Shown here: positions 40,094 through 51,250 of the stretch, in pieces
Position numbering within the stretch: position 1 is the stretch's first letter
Layout of the letters: every line of letters starts with the position of its first letter
Assembly: GCA_963714975.1 (NCBI GenBank)
Contig: CAVQQD010000001.1
Span: forward strand, 256,001-320,000
Direction of reading: 5' to 3'
Source: an uncultured Gammaproteobacteria bacterium
Lineage (GTDB): Bacteria > Pseudomonadota > Gammaproteobacteria > JAURND01
Length of the DNA: 64,000 bases
The notes under the pieces: generated by a model
Told to the model about the DNA's origin: nothing
What the model saw: the letters and a program-made list of their open reading frames with translations, nothing else
The model's database searches: none
Made by a program: the position numbers and the translations under genes

Positions 40094-40831
40094 CTAGTTA
40101 TCACGCCATTTTACCGCCAACCCATTTTCATAGCGTAGATCAATTCGTTCTGCTTGTGCTTCTGCTCTAGTAAATATTTGGGGATAAACCTTAACAAAAC
40201 GTTGTAATCGAGGCAATGATTCTTTGGTTCCAAAAAACATTTGGGTACCGTTACTCAGCACTGCACTGAGAGCTTGACGCTCGTCCATCGCTAATTTTAC
40301 GACGGTTAAACGCAATGGAGCCAATAAACGAGCCATGGTTTGATAAAACCCCCAAACTTGCTTTTGCTCTGATTCGGGCCCATTTAGCAATGGAAGATTT
40401 TGAGTATAACGATCCGGCGGAGCGGTAAATAATTGACCTGACACATCAATAAACTTTGTATCACCCCAGCGTACCGCCGGTTTACGCTCCGTAATCTTGA
40501 TAATGACCTGGTTGGGCCAAACACGTTGCGACTCTACTTTAGCGATCCAGGGCAATTGCGATGACAAACTCCGTCTTAAATGAGCCTCATTTAGCCCAAA
40601 AAATCCTTGTCGAACAAAGGGAATAATTTGCTGTTGTAATTGGCGACGATCCACATGCTGATGTTCTGCTTGTAACTTAACCACTCGAATTGGAAAGCGA
40701 GCAGGATCAGTCAAAAAATGCCAACCCACAAGAATACCGCCGATGAACCCACCTACGATCAATATTTGGAAAATTCGGTACATTAATATCCCCTCCTCTG
40801 CCCTAGACAAAAAATGAGCGCGGGCACGCAA
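40094..40831 (-). CDS. ftsQ: FtsQ/DivIB-family protein outside the dcw cluster
   Basis: TM, LPWI..QRVWPN..ITERKP, IDLRYENGLAVKW. Confidence 0.85.
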   Translation of the reverse strand: MRARAHFLSRAEEGILMYRIFQILIVGGFIGGILVGWHFLTDPARFPIRVVKLQAEHQHVDRRQLQQQIIPFVRQGFFGLNEAHLRRSLSSQLPWIAKVESQRVWPNQVIIKITERKPAVRWGDTKFIDVSGQLFTAPPDRYTQNLPLLNGPESEQKQVWGFYQTMARLLAPLRLTVVKLAMDERQALSAVLSNGTQMFFGTKESLPRLQRFVKVYPQIFTRAEAQAERIDLRYENGLAVKWRDN

Positions 40832-41049
40832 TCGGGCACGTTTACTTTAATGAGGGTGTCCTTAATATGCTGGGAAGCTTACTCGTAACAAGTACTCACA
40901 GCCTGATCAGTTTGCTGCCTATTTACGGATATTCCCGCCAAATAAGCGGATACAAAAACCTGCGTCCCGATTGCATCAAATAAATAATCATTTTGACTAA
41001 TTACTTGATTTACTAAATCCATGCTGCCTGGTTCCATACTATTACTCCT

Positions 41050-41838
41050 TTAAAAAGTGTTACTCCAAAACATCCCTAATAACTGCCAAGGCATCTTAGC
41101 AAAGAACTCAGGGAGAATCCTAGCCCCAGGGGGGGCCCTCTCCCCCACCCGCAAGCCCTCCTGCAACTGGTAGGCTTGTGCGGCTTGCGGATCATGAATT
41201 TTATCGACAACTTGCACTTCGAGATAGTGGTTCCCAGAACCCAAGGTTCCCACTTCACTGCGCTGGCGTTTTTTAGCCAGATCAGAAACATGTTCCGGCA
41301 TGGCCCCTGCCATTTTGCCTTGTTCTTCAATAAAGAGCAGATCTTCTTTGCTACCAAATCCTTGCTGCACCGCCCATTGCGCACCCCCTCTCAGCATAGC
41401 GTCTAACTCACGGGGCGATAAACATATTTTACCTTCGACACCCACTCCAGCCGGGATATGGGCGTATAATAAATCGGCTAGTTGTTCCGCCTGAGGAAAT
41501 AAATCGGACCAATAAAGATTAGTGCGTAAACAGCGAATACCACAGGAAATATCAAAACCTACCCCGCCAGCCGAAATAATGCCACCTGCGTCAGGATCAA
41601 AAGCGGCTACGCCACCAATAGGGAAGCCGTAACCCCAGTGCGCATCCGGCATCGTCATAGCCGCGCCAACTAAACCAGGCAATTGTGCTACATTTTTAAT
41701 CTGCTCGAGAACTTTCGCATCCATGGTCTCCAACAAGGATTGATCGGCATATAGTTGGATCGGCAAAGGCGAAGTACCTGGCTCAGCTTGTACTGACCAG
41801 CAATAGTCATTAATTTTAGTCAGTTGATTTAAGTCCAT
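41050..41838 (-). pseudogene. rtcB: 3'-truncated RtcB RNA ligase
   Basis: MPDAHWGYGFPIG, GVGFDISCG, GTLGSGNHYLE; recognisable homology ends near 41160. Confidence 0.85.
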
Positions 41839-41839
41839 T

Positions 41840-42310
41840 TTAAACGTCCACCACGCAGCGAGCTTCCCATAACTGATCGTTTTGTTGCGCGACGGAAAGC
41901 ATCGTCAAGGTGGCTCCCTTGACTTCAGTACCCCGTTGCATATCCTCACGCCAGGGTTCTCCCCAAGCTTGCCCTTGCCAATGGTCATTATGACGCGTCA
42001 GAGCAAAACGCCCTAAAATTAAGCCATGATGCCGTGCTTCAGCCAACAGTAAGTTAAGCCAGGTAATGAAAGCTAACTCTACATCCGCCTCAACAAATTC
42101 AATCGCAATATTGTTTTTCGCTTCGATAGAAGCTAAATCAGTCATGATCGCGAACATTGATTCCGCAGCAGACACAAAGGCCTCGACCTCAGTTTTGCCA
42201 CGGCCAATGATTCCAATATCTGCTTCATGAGAGAAATAGGGTTCACATTTAGCGGGGATAGTACACCTCGTTTTGGCTTCCTCCTGCATTCTCCTGTTGC
42301 AATTCATCAT
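41840..42310 (-). CDS. Archease
   Basis: HEADIG ... EVKGAT ... VVDV; directly upstream of rtcB; start uncertain. Confidence 0.9.
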   Translation of the reverse strand: MMNCNRRMQEEAKTRCTIPAKCEPYFSHEADIGIIGRGKTEVEAFVSAAESMFAIMTDLASIEAKNNIAIEFVEADVELAFITWLNLLLAEARHHGLILGRFALTRHNDHWQGQAWGEPWREDMQRGTEVKGATLTMLSVAQQNDQLWEARCVVDV

Positions 42311-42803
42311 CTGGACCTAGATCAAAATCTTCCACACCAAGACATCGCATACATTCGTCGTAATAGCGATGCAGCAGCAAACAGAGTAGGCAACTGCCTA
42401 ATATAACCCCGGCGACCGTAGCTAATAGCTCTCCGTGTTGCGCTATAAAAGCCGAATCGCGATGATAATAAGTAAAATTGCCCAAATAAAGTATCCCTGA
42501 GCAGGCAATAACACCGACAATTTTAAGATAGGTATGCTGGTCTTCGACGGCTTCAAGGTCCAAATTTAACAGGGCATAATGCTCATGGGCTTTTTTTGCC
42601 AAAAAAACCAGCAGCAACGCTAAAAACCCCAGCGCAAGAACTGGATTTGCTACTAGCCAATTCCAAACCTCACTTAGCCCTTGCGCCGAAGCTTCGGGGT
42701 GACGGGTAGCCACACAAATCGTATAAATAATGGCTGTGGCTAAGGGTAAACTAATCGCGGCAATAGCCAATGGCTTTTTGTATTGAGAATAACACTGCTC
42801 CAT
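42249..42803 (-). CDS. Hypothetical multi-pass membrane protein
   Basis: About four hydrophobic segments, acidic tail, GAGGAGG RBS. Confidence 0.65.
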   Translation of the reverse strand: MEQCYSQYKKPLAIAAISLPLATAIIYTICVATRHPEASAQGLSEVWNWLVANPVLALGFLALLLVFLAKKAHEHYALLNLDLEAVEDQHTYLKIVGVIACSGILYLGNFTYYHRDSAFIAQHGELLATVAGVILGSCLLCLLLHRYYDECMRCLGVEDFDLGPDDELQQENAGGSQNEVYYPR

Positions 42804-42854
42804 AATGACCTCCTCAAAATATTCCTAACAACGCCAGGTAAGCAGCCCATTCTT

Positions 42855-42893
42855 CCTTCTCCTTCTAGGAAAAGTGCCGAAGGCGGATGAGGG
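42855..42893 (+). repeat. Degenerate REP family A
   Basis: GTGCCGAAGGCGGATGAGGG shared with 3772-3791. Confidence 0.8.
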
Positions 42894-42938
42894 TGAGCCA
42901 AGTCTAGCACTCCGAACCAAGGGCAACAACCCAATACG

Positions 42939-43772
42939 TTACCACTCCCCCTTAGATGCACCAAGGGGAGGACCAGCATATTTCGGGGATCGTTTAAAGC
43001 AACTCTCATAAAAAAAATGTGTCACCAGTGCCCCCACAGCGACCATCCCAATCCCCAGCGCATACTCAAAATCGATCAAATCATTTTTCCATAACATATA
43101 CGGAGTAATCACCCCTACTGCAGCCAACACACCCAAAGGGCGAAGCCGTGCGAATGATTTTTCTTCTGAGTGCTCTGCCTTTTCAATCGCAGCTTTCTCC
43201 TCCGGTGAGGGTTTCTCAGCCGAACAACAACAGCTGCAATATACAAACCAACTTATAACTGCTATCAGGGCAATTACACTCAAAAATACTAGAGATGTAA
43301 CCGCCGTTTCGAATGGCTGAGGAGTACTTATCACATCATAAAGTCCATAAGCCAGCATACCTACTGCAATCACAGCATACCATGCGGCTTCTCCTTCCCT
43401 GAGCCTAGCTGCCGCGATACAATCCTCTGGCCTTGACCTCCTCCGATTCTCGTGAAAGTCTGCAGTATTCCATTTCCAGAGCGCATAGCAACCCACTAGG
43501 GCTAGACTAAGTAATTCAAGCGAATTATTCATCATAAACTTGTCAGCGCCAGAAACTTCAAGCCACACAGCAATGCCTGAAGCAGCACTACCCACTAATA
43601 AAAAAAACGAGGCGATAAGTTTTTTGTTATTAAAAAGAGGAATAGGAGAGGGGTCGGTTACATTAGAATGATTATTCCGGACAATAGGCTTGCCATTGTA
43701 ATCAAGATCCTTTTCTACAGAAAAATCTTGTTCATCAGAACCTTTAATTTGAGAGCTTTCCATCGTATTCAC
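42939..43772 (-). CDS. Hypothetical multi-pass membrane protein
   Basis: About six TM segments in three pairs; YCSCCCS cluster. Confidence 0.65.
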   Translation of the reverse strand: MNTMESSQIKGSDEQDFSVEKDLDYNGKPIVRNNHSNVTDPSPIPLFNNKKLIASFFLLVGSAASGIAVWLEVSGADKFMMNNSLELLSLALVGCYALWKWNTADFHENRRRSRPEDCIAAARLREGEAAWYAVIAVGMLAYGLYDVISTPQPFETAVTSLVFLSVIALIAVISWFVYCSCCCSAEKPSPEEKAAIEKAEHSEEKSFARLRPLGVLAAVGVITPYMLWKNDLIDFEYALGIGMVAVGALVTHFFYESCFKRSPKYAGPPLGASKGEW

Positions 43773-43960
43773 CTAAAATTTTAGCATCTAAAATGTGCTT
43801 ATTATACATAACTTACAAAAAAATAACCAGCCTCGCCTACCCAAAGAGAGAGAATTCGTTGTTCCAAAATTAAATTGTCTGCCTGCCTAAGATGTTTTAT
43901 GATTGACCCCTTTTCGCGGTCGTCCTGGCAGGATGACGCTTTTACAAAAGAGGTTTAAAA

Positions 43961-44875
43961 ATGAATCAATTTATTGGAATTGAAGGCGGTGGGACAAAAT
44001 TCGTTTGTGCTTATGGCTCAGGCCCTGCTGATTTACAAGGACGCACCGTCATTCGCACTCAAAAGCCCGAAGACACCATGCCGGAAATTTTAGATTATAT
44101 TCGTTCCGTACAGACCAAAACTAAGATTTCAGCTATCGGCGTCTCTGTGTTTGGTCCCTTGGATTTAGACAAACAGTCCCTCACTTATGGCCATATAATG
44201 CCTACCGCAAAAGTAGAGTGGTCTGATTTTGATATGGTGGGAACTTTACGCAAGCACTTTAATCTTCCCATCGGTTTCGATACCGACGTCAACGGTGCTG
44301 CCATTGGCGAATATCGTTGGGGAGCAGCCCAAGGGTTGAGCGACTTTCTGTATTTAACCATTGGCACAGGCATCGGCGGAGGGGCTATCGTCAATGGAAA
44401 ACTGTTACACGGAGCACAACATCCTGAAATGGGCCATATTATGATTCCGCAAGACAGGGCTCAAGATGCATTTGAAGGGGTCTGCGCTTATCATAAAAAT
44501 TGCTTTGAAGGCTTGGCCTCCGGCCCATCTATGAAAGTTCGGTGGCATGTGGATTCAGCTTTGGATCTGCCTAAAGAACATCCGGCCTGGGACTTAGAAG
44601 CCTATTACCTGGGTACGGCCTTATCGATTTACACCTTTGTCCTATCCCCTAAGCGCATTATTTTGGGCGGAGGAGTGATGCGCCAAGAGCATTTACTTGC
44701 TAAAGTTCGCACGCAAATGGTCGTCGCTCTAAAGGCTTATGTGCGCAATTACCGAGTAAGCGATCCTGAAAGTTATGTGGTTAGCCCTGGAGTTGGGGAA
44801 AATTCCGGCGTGCTTGGCGCCATCGCTTTGGCAGAAAGTAGCTATTTGGAATGGAAAGCCCAAGCCAATGAATGA
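43961..44875 (+). CDS. ROK-family sugar kinase (fructokinase-like)
   Basis: IEGGGTKF, DTDVNGAA, GTGIGGG, HPEMGH, EGLASG. Confidence 0.92.
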   Translation: MNQFIGIEGGGTKFVCAYGSGPADLQGRTVIRTQKPEDTMPEILDYIRSVQTKTKISAIGVSVFGPLDLDKQSLTYGHIMPTAKVEWSDFDMVGTLRKHFNLPIGFDTDVNGAAIGEYRWGAAQGLSDFLYLTIGTGIGGGAIVNGKLLHGAQHPEMGHIMIPQDRAQDAFEGVCAYHKNCFEGLASGPSMKVRWHVDSALDLPKEHPAWDLEAYYLGTALSIYTFVLSPKRIILGGGVMRQEHLLAKVRTQMVVALKAYVRNYRVSDPESYVVSPGVGENSGVLGAIALAESSYLEWKAQANE

Positions 44876-45218
44876 AGTTGGGCTTACTTACAAGCGTCCC
44901 TGGGGTTGTTACCAAATCTTAGCCTTGGGCCCTGGCTACCAGGTTAAAAATCTGACCATCCAACCAGGGGAGCGTCTTTCTTTACAAAAGCATTCTCATC
45001 GCTCAGAGCATTGGGTGGTGATTGCCGGCAGCCCGACTTTAACCATCGGAGAAACGCGGAGAATCTACGAGGTTAATGAAAGCGCCTATATCCCAAAAGA
45101 AGCTATCCATCGAATCGAAAATTTCACTGCTGAAATTTGCAGCTTAATCGAAGTACAAGTAGGGGATTATTTGGGTGAGGATGATATTGTGCGCATTGCC
45201 GATGTTTATGGGAGATGA
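44868..45218 (+). CDS. Mannose-6-phosphate isomerase type II cupin domain
   Basis: RPWG, LSLQKHSHRSEHW, IEVQVGDYLGEDDIVR. Confidence 0.9.
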   Translation: MNEVGLTYKRPWGCYQILALGPGYQVKNLTIQPGERLSLQKHSHRSEHWVVIAGSPTLTIGETRRIYEVNESAYIPKEAIHRIENFTAEICSLIEVQVGDYLGEDDIVRIADVYGR

Positions 45219-45251
45219 TCCCCCTCCTTTGATTTGAAAAAGGGGGAAAGT

Positions 45252-45440
45252 TTAAAGAAGTCTTACCAACACCCAAACAAACACAATCAGCAATAACGCC
45301 AGGATTCCCAGCACATAAAAACTTTTACTTAAGTTCTCCTTCGAGAAAGCTTCAGGATGGTGGCGAATCTGGCGAAATAGCAGCCAGCCCAACAAGGCAG
45401 CACCCACAATCAGGAGCAGTATTCCCCATTCTCCACTCAT
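45252..45440 (-). CDS. Small two-TM membrane protein coupled to pyk
   Basis: ATGA overlap with pyk stop; PEAFSKENLSKSF between two TM helices. Confidence 0.7.
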   Translation of the reverse strand: MSGEWGILLLIVGAALLGWLLFRQIRHHPEAFSKENLSKSFYVLGILALLLIVFVWVLVRLL

Positions 45441-46873
45441 GAGTCTCCCTCATTTACCCGAATGATTTTCATCGTATTAGTGCCACCATGCACCCCCATT
45501 TGTTCCCCCATAGTGAGCAGGATTAAATCTCCTTCAGCAACTACCCCTTGATTTTTCAAAACGGCCACTGATTCTTGATTCATATGGCTTTTATCAATAG
45601 CCGTTGAATCAAAATACACCGGATTGACATCTCGATATAAGGTCATTTTGCCTAGGGTGTGAATATTGCGACTCAAGGCATAAATGGGAATCCCCGTACG
45701 CACCCGTGACATCATTAAGGGTGTCGCACCCGACTCTGTCAAAGCAATGATTGCTTTGATGGCTAAGCGATTGGCCGCGTAAACTGTTGCCATCGCAATT
45801 GCTTCATCAATGCGGCTAAATTCTTGTTCCAAACGCTGCCCAGAAACTTGAGTCACGCGCTCTTTTTCGGCAGCAATGCAGATACGCGCCATGGTTTCGA
45901 CGACCAAATCAGGATGTGCGCCCACAGCTGTTTCGGCAGACAGCATCACTGCATCGGTTTGATCAAGCACCGCATTGGCGACGTCAGAAACTTCCGCGCG
46001 AGTGGGCACTGGACTGCTGATCATACTTTCCATCATCTGCGTAGCGGTGATCACTGGTCGATTGCCGGCACGCGAACGACGAATAATCAATTTTTGTACT
46101 GCTGGCACGGCGGCTTCACCAATTTCTACCGCTAAATCACCTCGCGCCACCATCACCCCATCCGAAGCAGCAATAATTTCATTAATGTTGGTCACGGCTT
46201 CGGCACGTTCAATTTTAGCAATGATGCCAGCCGTACTGCCCGCCGCAGTTAATAATTTTCTGGCTTCATTGATATCATTGGCATCGCGGGGAAAAGACAC
46301 TGCAACATAATCGACATCCGCTGCTACAGCAACTAATAGATCAGCCTTATCTTTTTCGGTCAAGGCGGTCGCAGACAACCCTCCTCCTAGGCGGTTAATA
46401 CCTTTATTGTTCGACAATTCCCCACCTATTTTAACCTGGCAAATCACTCGCGGGCCTTCCACTTGTTTTACTACTAAGACAATCCGACCATCATCTAATA
46501 ATAGGGTATCCCCGGCGACCACATCGGCAGGCAGTTCTTTATAATCAATCCCAACACTCACATCAGTACCCGCAGTAGGGGGTAGACTGGCATCTAAAAT
46601 AAATTGCGCGCCTTTTTGCAACACCGCCTTCCCTCGTTGAAAACGTGCAATGCGGATTTTAGGGCCCTGCAAATCAGCCATAATTCCTACCATTAAGCCT
46701 AGCTTGTCAGCACAATTCCGCACCGCTTGAATTCGCCCTTGCACCAGTTCGGCACCATGCGAAAAATTGACTCGCACTAAGTTAGTACCCGCTTTTAATA
46801 AGCGTTCTAAAACACCAGGAGTATCCGTAGCTGGACCTAAGGTAGCTACAATTTTTGTTCGACGTACACGCAT
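45437..46873 (-). CDS. pyk: Pyruvate kinase
   Basis: RRTKIVATLGP, DLQGPKIR, MVARGDL, ATQMMESM. Confidence 0.97.
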   Translation of the reverse strand: MRVRRTKIVATLGPATDTPGVLERLLKAGTNLVRVNFSHGAELVQGRIQAVRNCADKLGLMVGIMADLQGPKIRIARFQRGKAVLQKGAQFILDASLPPTAGTDVSVGIDYKELPADVVAGDTLLLDDGRIVLVVKQVEGPRVICQVKIGGELSNNKGINRLGGGLSATALTEKDKADLLVAVAADVDYVAVSFPRDANDINEARKLLTAAGSTAGIIAKIERAEAVTNINEIIAASDGVMVARGDLAVEIGEAAVPAVQKLIIRRSRAGNRPVITATQMMESMISSPVPTRAEVSDVANAVLDQTDAVMLSAETAVGAHPDLVVETMARICIAAEKERVTQVSGQRLEQEFSRIDEAIAMATVYAANRLAIKAIIALTESGATPLMMSRVRTGIPIYALSRNIHTLGKMTLYRDVNPVYFDSTAIDKSHMNQESVAVLKNQGVVAEGDLILLTMGEQMGVHGGTNTMKIIRVNEGDS

Positions 46874-46900
46874 ATTTTTGTTCCTCATTTTTCTGCTTTC

Positions 46901-46969
46901 GTAACCATTCACCACGATTTTGCCTCTCCCCTTGTGGGAGAAGGATTTTTACCCACAAAGGATGATTAC
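46901..46969. repeat. Internally deleted GTAAC..GATTAC element with REP family A core
   Basis: Ends match both ends of 58716-58914; contains the pgk stop codon. Confidence 0.8.
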
Positions 46970-48141
46970 CATTTTTCTTTATTTTCCAGCACCGCAATCG
47001 CGGGTAATGTTTTCCCTTCTAAATATTCTAAAAAAGCCCCTCCACCGGTGGAGATGTAAGATATTCGATCCTGAAGATTAAATTTTTCAATCGCCGCTAG
47101 AGTGTCTCCTCCGCCTGCCACTGAAAAGGCATGGCTGTTGGCGATTGCCTGAGCTAAAGTCTTAGTTCCATTAGCAAAGGCATCCCACTCAAAAACACCC
47201 ACTGGACCATTCCAAATAATCGTGCCCGCCTGAGCCAGTTGGGTGGCTAAAGCCTCCGCTGTGCTAGGTCCAATATCCAGAATCAAATCATCTCCTGAAA
47301 TTTGATCGACAGGTTTAATAGTTGCTTGCGCGTCAGCAGCAAATGCTCTGGCAACGACCACATCAACCGGAATAGGGATCAAAGCATTTTTTTCTTTCGC
47401 TAATTGCAGCAATTGCCTTGCCTCTGGTAGCAACTCAGGCTCACATAAAGAAGCACCCACCGGAAAACCGGCTGCAGCAATAAAGGTATTGGCGATTCCG
47501 CCTCCCACAATCAATTGATCTACTTTTTGCAACAGTGACTGTAATAAAATCAACTTCGAAGAGACCTTAGAACCACCGACAATAGCAACTATGGGGTGTT
47601 TTGGATTCTTTAAGACCTGCTCTAATGCCTCAATTTCCTTGAGCAACAACGGCCCAGCACAAGCAATTGGGGCAAACTCCGCTACGCCATAAGTCGAAGC
47701 CTCACAGCGATGGGCGGTAGCAAATGCATCCATGACAAAGATATCGCACAGCTGCGCCATTTTTGTTGCCAACTGAGGGTCATTGCTTTTTTCACCGACA
47801 TTAAACCGCACATTTTCTAGCACCACCACCTCATTGTCACCAGCAAGATCGGTCTTGTCTAGCCAATCACGAACAAATCGTACCGGATAACCTAGGAGAT
47901 GTTCCAATTGCTCTGCGACTGGCTCAAGCGAATAGCGTTCCTCATAGTTTCCTTCCGTTGGCCGCCCCAAATGCGACATGACGATCACGTGGGCATTTTT
48001 TTGCAGACAATATTCAATCGTAGGTAATGCGGCCAAAATCCGCGTATCACTGGTAATTTTACCCGCTTCCATCGGGACATTGAGATCCTCACGAATCAAC
48101 ACTCGGCGATTTTCGATATCCAGATCCGTGAGCTTTAGCAT
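46966..48141 (-). CDS. pgk: Phosphoglycerate kinase
   Basis: [30 protein letters not shown]. Confidence 0.98.
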   Translation of the reverse strand: MLKLTDLDIENRRVLIREDLNVPMEAGKITSDTRILAALPTIEYCLQKNAHVIVMSHLGRPTEGNYEERYSLEPVAEQLEHLLGYPVRFVRDWLDKTDLAGDNEVVVLENVRFNVGEKSNDPQLATKMAQLCDIFVMDAFATAHRCEASTYGVAEFAPIACAGPLLLKEIEALEQVLKNPKHPIVAIVGGSKVSSKLILLQSLLQKVDQLIVGGGIANTFIAAAGFPVGASLCEPELLPEARQLLQLAKEKNALIPIPVDVVVARAFAADAQATIKPVDQISGDDLILDIGPSTAEALATQLAQAGTIIWNGPVGVFEWDAFANGTKTLAQAIANSHAFSVAGGGDTLAAIEKFNLQDRISYISTGGGAFLEYLEGKTLPAIAVLENKEKW

Positions 48142-49151
48142 GTCGATGCCTTCATCAAGGCGATGGTCGTATCGATCATGCGGTTGGAAAAACCCCATTC
48201 ATTATCATACCAACCCAGCACTTTCACCGTATTGCCAATCACTTTGGTAAGCGTAGCGTCAAAGGTACAGGAAACAGGATCATGATTAAAATCAACCGAC
48301 ACGAAAGGTTCTTCGCAGTAATGCATGATGCCTTTTAATTTACCGTCAGCGGCTTCTTTCATAATCGCGTTTACTTCTTCGGCGCTGCTTTTTTTGACCG
48401 ACTGACAGGTGAAATCAATTAAAGACACGTTGATCGTCGGAACCCGCACGGCAAACCCATCGAGCTTGCCAGCCAATTCAGGAATTACTAAGCCCACAGC
48501 CGCAGCTGCACCGGTTTTAGTCGGGATCATCGAGTGGGTTGCCGAACGCGATCGACGGATATCCGGATGATAGACATCAATCAGCCGTTGATCATTGGTA
48601 TAAGAATGAATTGTCGTCATCAACCCTTCGACTACCCCGATGGTTTCATGCAGGGCTTTAACCATGGGAGCAATGCAATTAGTCGTACAGGAAGCATTGG
48701 AAATCACCGTATCGGTGGCTTTTAATATCTGATGATTCACACCAAAAACGATAGTAGCATCGACGTCATTTCCTGCCGGCGCCGAGATGATGACTTTCTT
48801 GGCTCCAGCCGTTAAATGCGGGCTGGCGTCCTTTTTACTGGTAAATAATCCGGTGCATTCCAAGACCACATCAATTCCCAAAGCTTTCCAGGGGAGTTTA
48901 CTAGGATCGCGCTCGGCAACCACTTTAATTTTATCGCCATTAATGACCAGGTTATCTCCTGCGACTTCCACAGTGCCAGGAAATTTACCATGAACGGTGT
49001 CATGGCGCGTGAGATAGGCATTGATCTTGGCATCTCCTAAATCGTTGATAGCAACTATTTGAATTTGATCACGATAATTGCTTTCATAAATTGCCCGCAA
49101 AATATTTCGGCCAATTCGGCCATATCCGTTAATAGCGGCTTTAATTGTCAT
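48135..49151 (-). CDS. gap: Glyceraldehyde-3-phosphate dehydrogenase
   Basis: [23 protein letters not shown]. Confidence 0.98.
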   Translation of the reverse strand: MTIKAAINGYGRIGRNILRAIYESNYRDQIQIVAINDLGDAKINAYLTRHDTVHGKFPGTVEVAGDNLVINGDKIKVVAERDPSKLPWKALGIDVVLECTGLFTSKKDASPHLTAGAKKVIISAPAGNDVDATIVFGVNHQILKATDTVISNASCTTNCIAPMVKALHETIGVVEGLMTTIHSYTNDQRLIDVYHPDIRRSRSATHSMIPTKTGAAAAVGLVIPELAGKLDGFAVRVPTINVSLIDFTCQSVKKSSAEEVNAIMKEAADGKLKGIMHYCEEPFVSVDFNHDPVSCTFDATLTKVIGNTVKVLGWYDNEWGFSNRMIDTTIALMKASTC

Positions 49152-49161
49152 AAGGGGTCTC

Positions 49162-51156
49162 CTAAAGTAAACTTTTTATTGCTTTTTCGATATGCTCCAC
49201 CGTCATCCCAAGTGCCTCATAGACCTCTTGATAGGGAGCTGACTCGCCATAGCGATTTAAACCGATAATCTTGCCATCGATTCCGACATATTTATACCAA
49301 AAATCCGTACTACCTGCTTCTACCGCTACCCGGGCCTTAACTCGTTTCGGCAGCACTTCTTCCTGATAACTGTGGTCCTGCTGATCAAAGAGGGAAGTGC
49401 AGGGCATCGAAACCAAGCGAATTTTATGCCCCTGGTTGGTCAAATGCTGGGCTGCTAATCGAGCTAGCGGAACTTCAGACCCTGTCGCAATCAGAATAGC
49501 GTCAGGAATACCTTTGCAGTCCTCTAAAATATAGCCCCCGCGTGAGATATGATGCAAGGACTTGGGATCACGCAGCTGTTGTGGGATTGCTTGTCGAGTT
49601 AACAAAAGACAAGTAGGGCCATCCAACCTTTCGATGGCGTATTTCCACGCTTCAGCAGTTTCCACAATATCACAAGGACGCCAAACGCTAACATTTGGGG
49701 TTAGCCGTAGGCCAGAGGCATGTTCGATCGGTTGATGAGTGGGACCATCTTCACCCAGACCAATTGAATCATGCGTGAGGACATAAATAACCCGTTGCTT
49801 CATAAATCCAGCTAACCGCAGCGCATTGCGCCCATAATCCACAAAGGCCAGAAATGTGCCTCCATAAGGAATAATGCCACCATACACCGCCATGCCATTC
49901 ATAATAGCAAACATGCCAAACTCACGGACACCATAATGAATGTAGTTTCCTTCGGGATGTTCCTGGTTAAATATTCGCGATTGCGACCACCAGGTGTTAT
50001 TTGACCCGGTGAGATCTGCAGACCCCCCCATTAATTCTGGCAACATGGCGCCATAAGCGTTAAGACAAAGTTCGGATGCTTTGCGAGTCGCAATATCGTG
50101 ATTTTCTTTGGCGACATTGCGGATGAATAACTGGGTTTTTTGCTCCCATTCTTTCGGCAACTGCTTTTCAATGCGCCGTTCAAATTCTTTAGCCAAGGGA
50201 GCATTAGCTTTGGCGTATTCATTGTATTTTTCCAGCCATTGCTCTTCAAATTCAGCCCCCATCTTAGTGGCATCAAAAGCCGCATAAATTTCGAGAGGAA
50301 TCACAAAGGGGAGATGTTTCCAACCCAAAGCTTCGCGGACCGCTGCTATCTCAGGCTCTCCCAGAGGAGAGCCATGGGTTTTGGCGGTGCCTACATAGTT
50401 GGGTGAGCCAAAACCAATTTGAGTTTTGCAACATAAAATACTGGGTTTTTCAGTAAAATAACGGGCTTCTTCAATTGCATCGCGGATGGCATCAGAATCA
50501 TGTCCATCTAGAGCGGGAATAACATGCCAATTATAAGCAGTAAAGCGTTCGGCAGTATTATCAGTGAACCAACCGGCTACATTGCCATCAATTGAAATGC
50601 CGTTGTCGTCGTAGAAAACAATGAGCTTCCCCAAACCCAAGGTGCCCGCTAAAGAAGCCACTTCATGCGAGATACCTTCCATTAAACAACCATCACCGGC
50701 AAAGACATAAGTATAATGATCAATAATGTCATAGTGGCCCCGATTGAACTGTGCGGCTAGGGATCTTTCGGCAATCGCCATACCGACCGCATTGGCAAGC
50801 CCTTGCCCGAGCGGGCCGGTGGTGGTTTCGACTCCAGGGGTATAGCCTAATTCAGGATGCCCAGGGGTTTTAGAGCGTAGCTGGCGGAAGCGTTTGATTT
50901 CATCGATGCTAAGATCGTAGCCACTCAGATGCAGGAGGGCATAGTGCAGCATTGAGCCATGACCATTGGATAAAATAAAGCGATCGCGATTAACCCAATC
51001 TGGGTTAGTGGGGTTATGTTTTAAAAAATCATTCCATAGCACTTCGGCAATATCGGCCATGCCCATGGGCATACCCGGATGACCTGAATTAGCTTTTTGC
51101 ACAGCATCGATGCTAAGCATACGGATGGCATTAGCAAGGTCACGGCGTTCTGGCAT
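49162..51156 (-). CDS. tkt: Transketolase
   Basis: [22 protein letters not shown]. Confidence 0.98.
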   Translation of the reverse strand: MPERRDLANAIRMLSIDAVQKANSGHPGMPMGMADIAEVLWNDFLKHNPTNPDWVNRDRFILSNGHGSMLHYALLHLSGYDLSIDEIKRFRQLRSKTPGHPELGYTPGVETTTGPLGQGLANAVGMAIAERSLAAQFNRGHYDIIDHYTYVFAGDGCLMEGISHEVASLAGTLGLGKLIVFYDDNGISIDGNVAGWFTDNTAERFTAYNWHVIPALDGHDSDAIRDAIEEARYFTEKPSILCCKTQIGFGSPNYVGTAKTHGSPLGEPEIAAVREALGWKHLPFVIPLEIYAAFDATKMGAEFEEQWLEKYNEYAKANAPLAKEFERRIEKQLPKEWEQKTQLFIRNVAKENHDIATRKASELCLNAYGAMLPELMGGSADLTGSNNTWWSQSRIFNQEHPEGNYIHYGVREFGMFAIMNGMAVYGGIIPYGGTFLAFVDYGRNALRLAGFMKQRVIYVLTHDSIGLGEDGPTHQPIEHASGLRLTPNVSVWRPCDIVETAEAWKYAIERLDGPTCLLLTRQAIPQQLRDPKSLHHISRGGYILEDCKGIPDAILIATGSEVPLARLAAQHLTNQGHKIRLVSMPCTSLFDQQDHSYQEEVLPKRVKARVAVEAGSTDFWYKYVGIDGKIIGLNRYGESAPYQEVYEALGMTVEHIEKAIKSLL

Positions 51157-51250
51157 TTTTGGCTCCCTATCAGCAGTTCAAATCAGGACCGAAATCATAA
51201 CATGCAGGAAATTTTATGTGTATAATTTTTGCTCGAGAGAGGAGGAACGA

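Noticed and set aside
40783-41037. Degenerate LuxR-like HTH across an in-frame stop
   Set aside because: Motif spacing does not fit; similarity too weak to claim.
51110-51250. Extended start of the 509-aa ORF
   Set aside because: Overlaps the tkt start; a strong RBS precedes ATG 51251.
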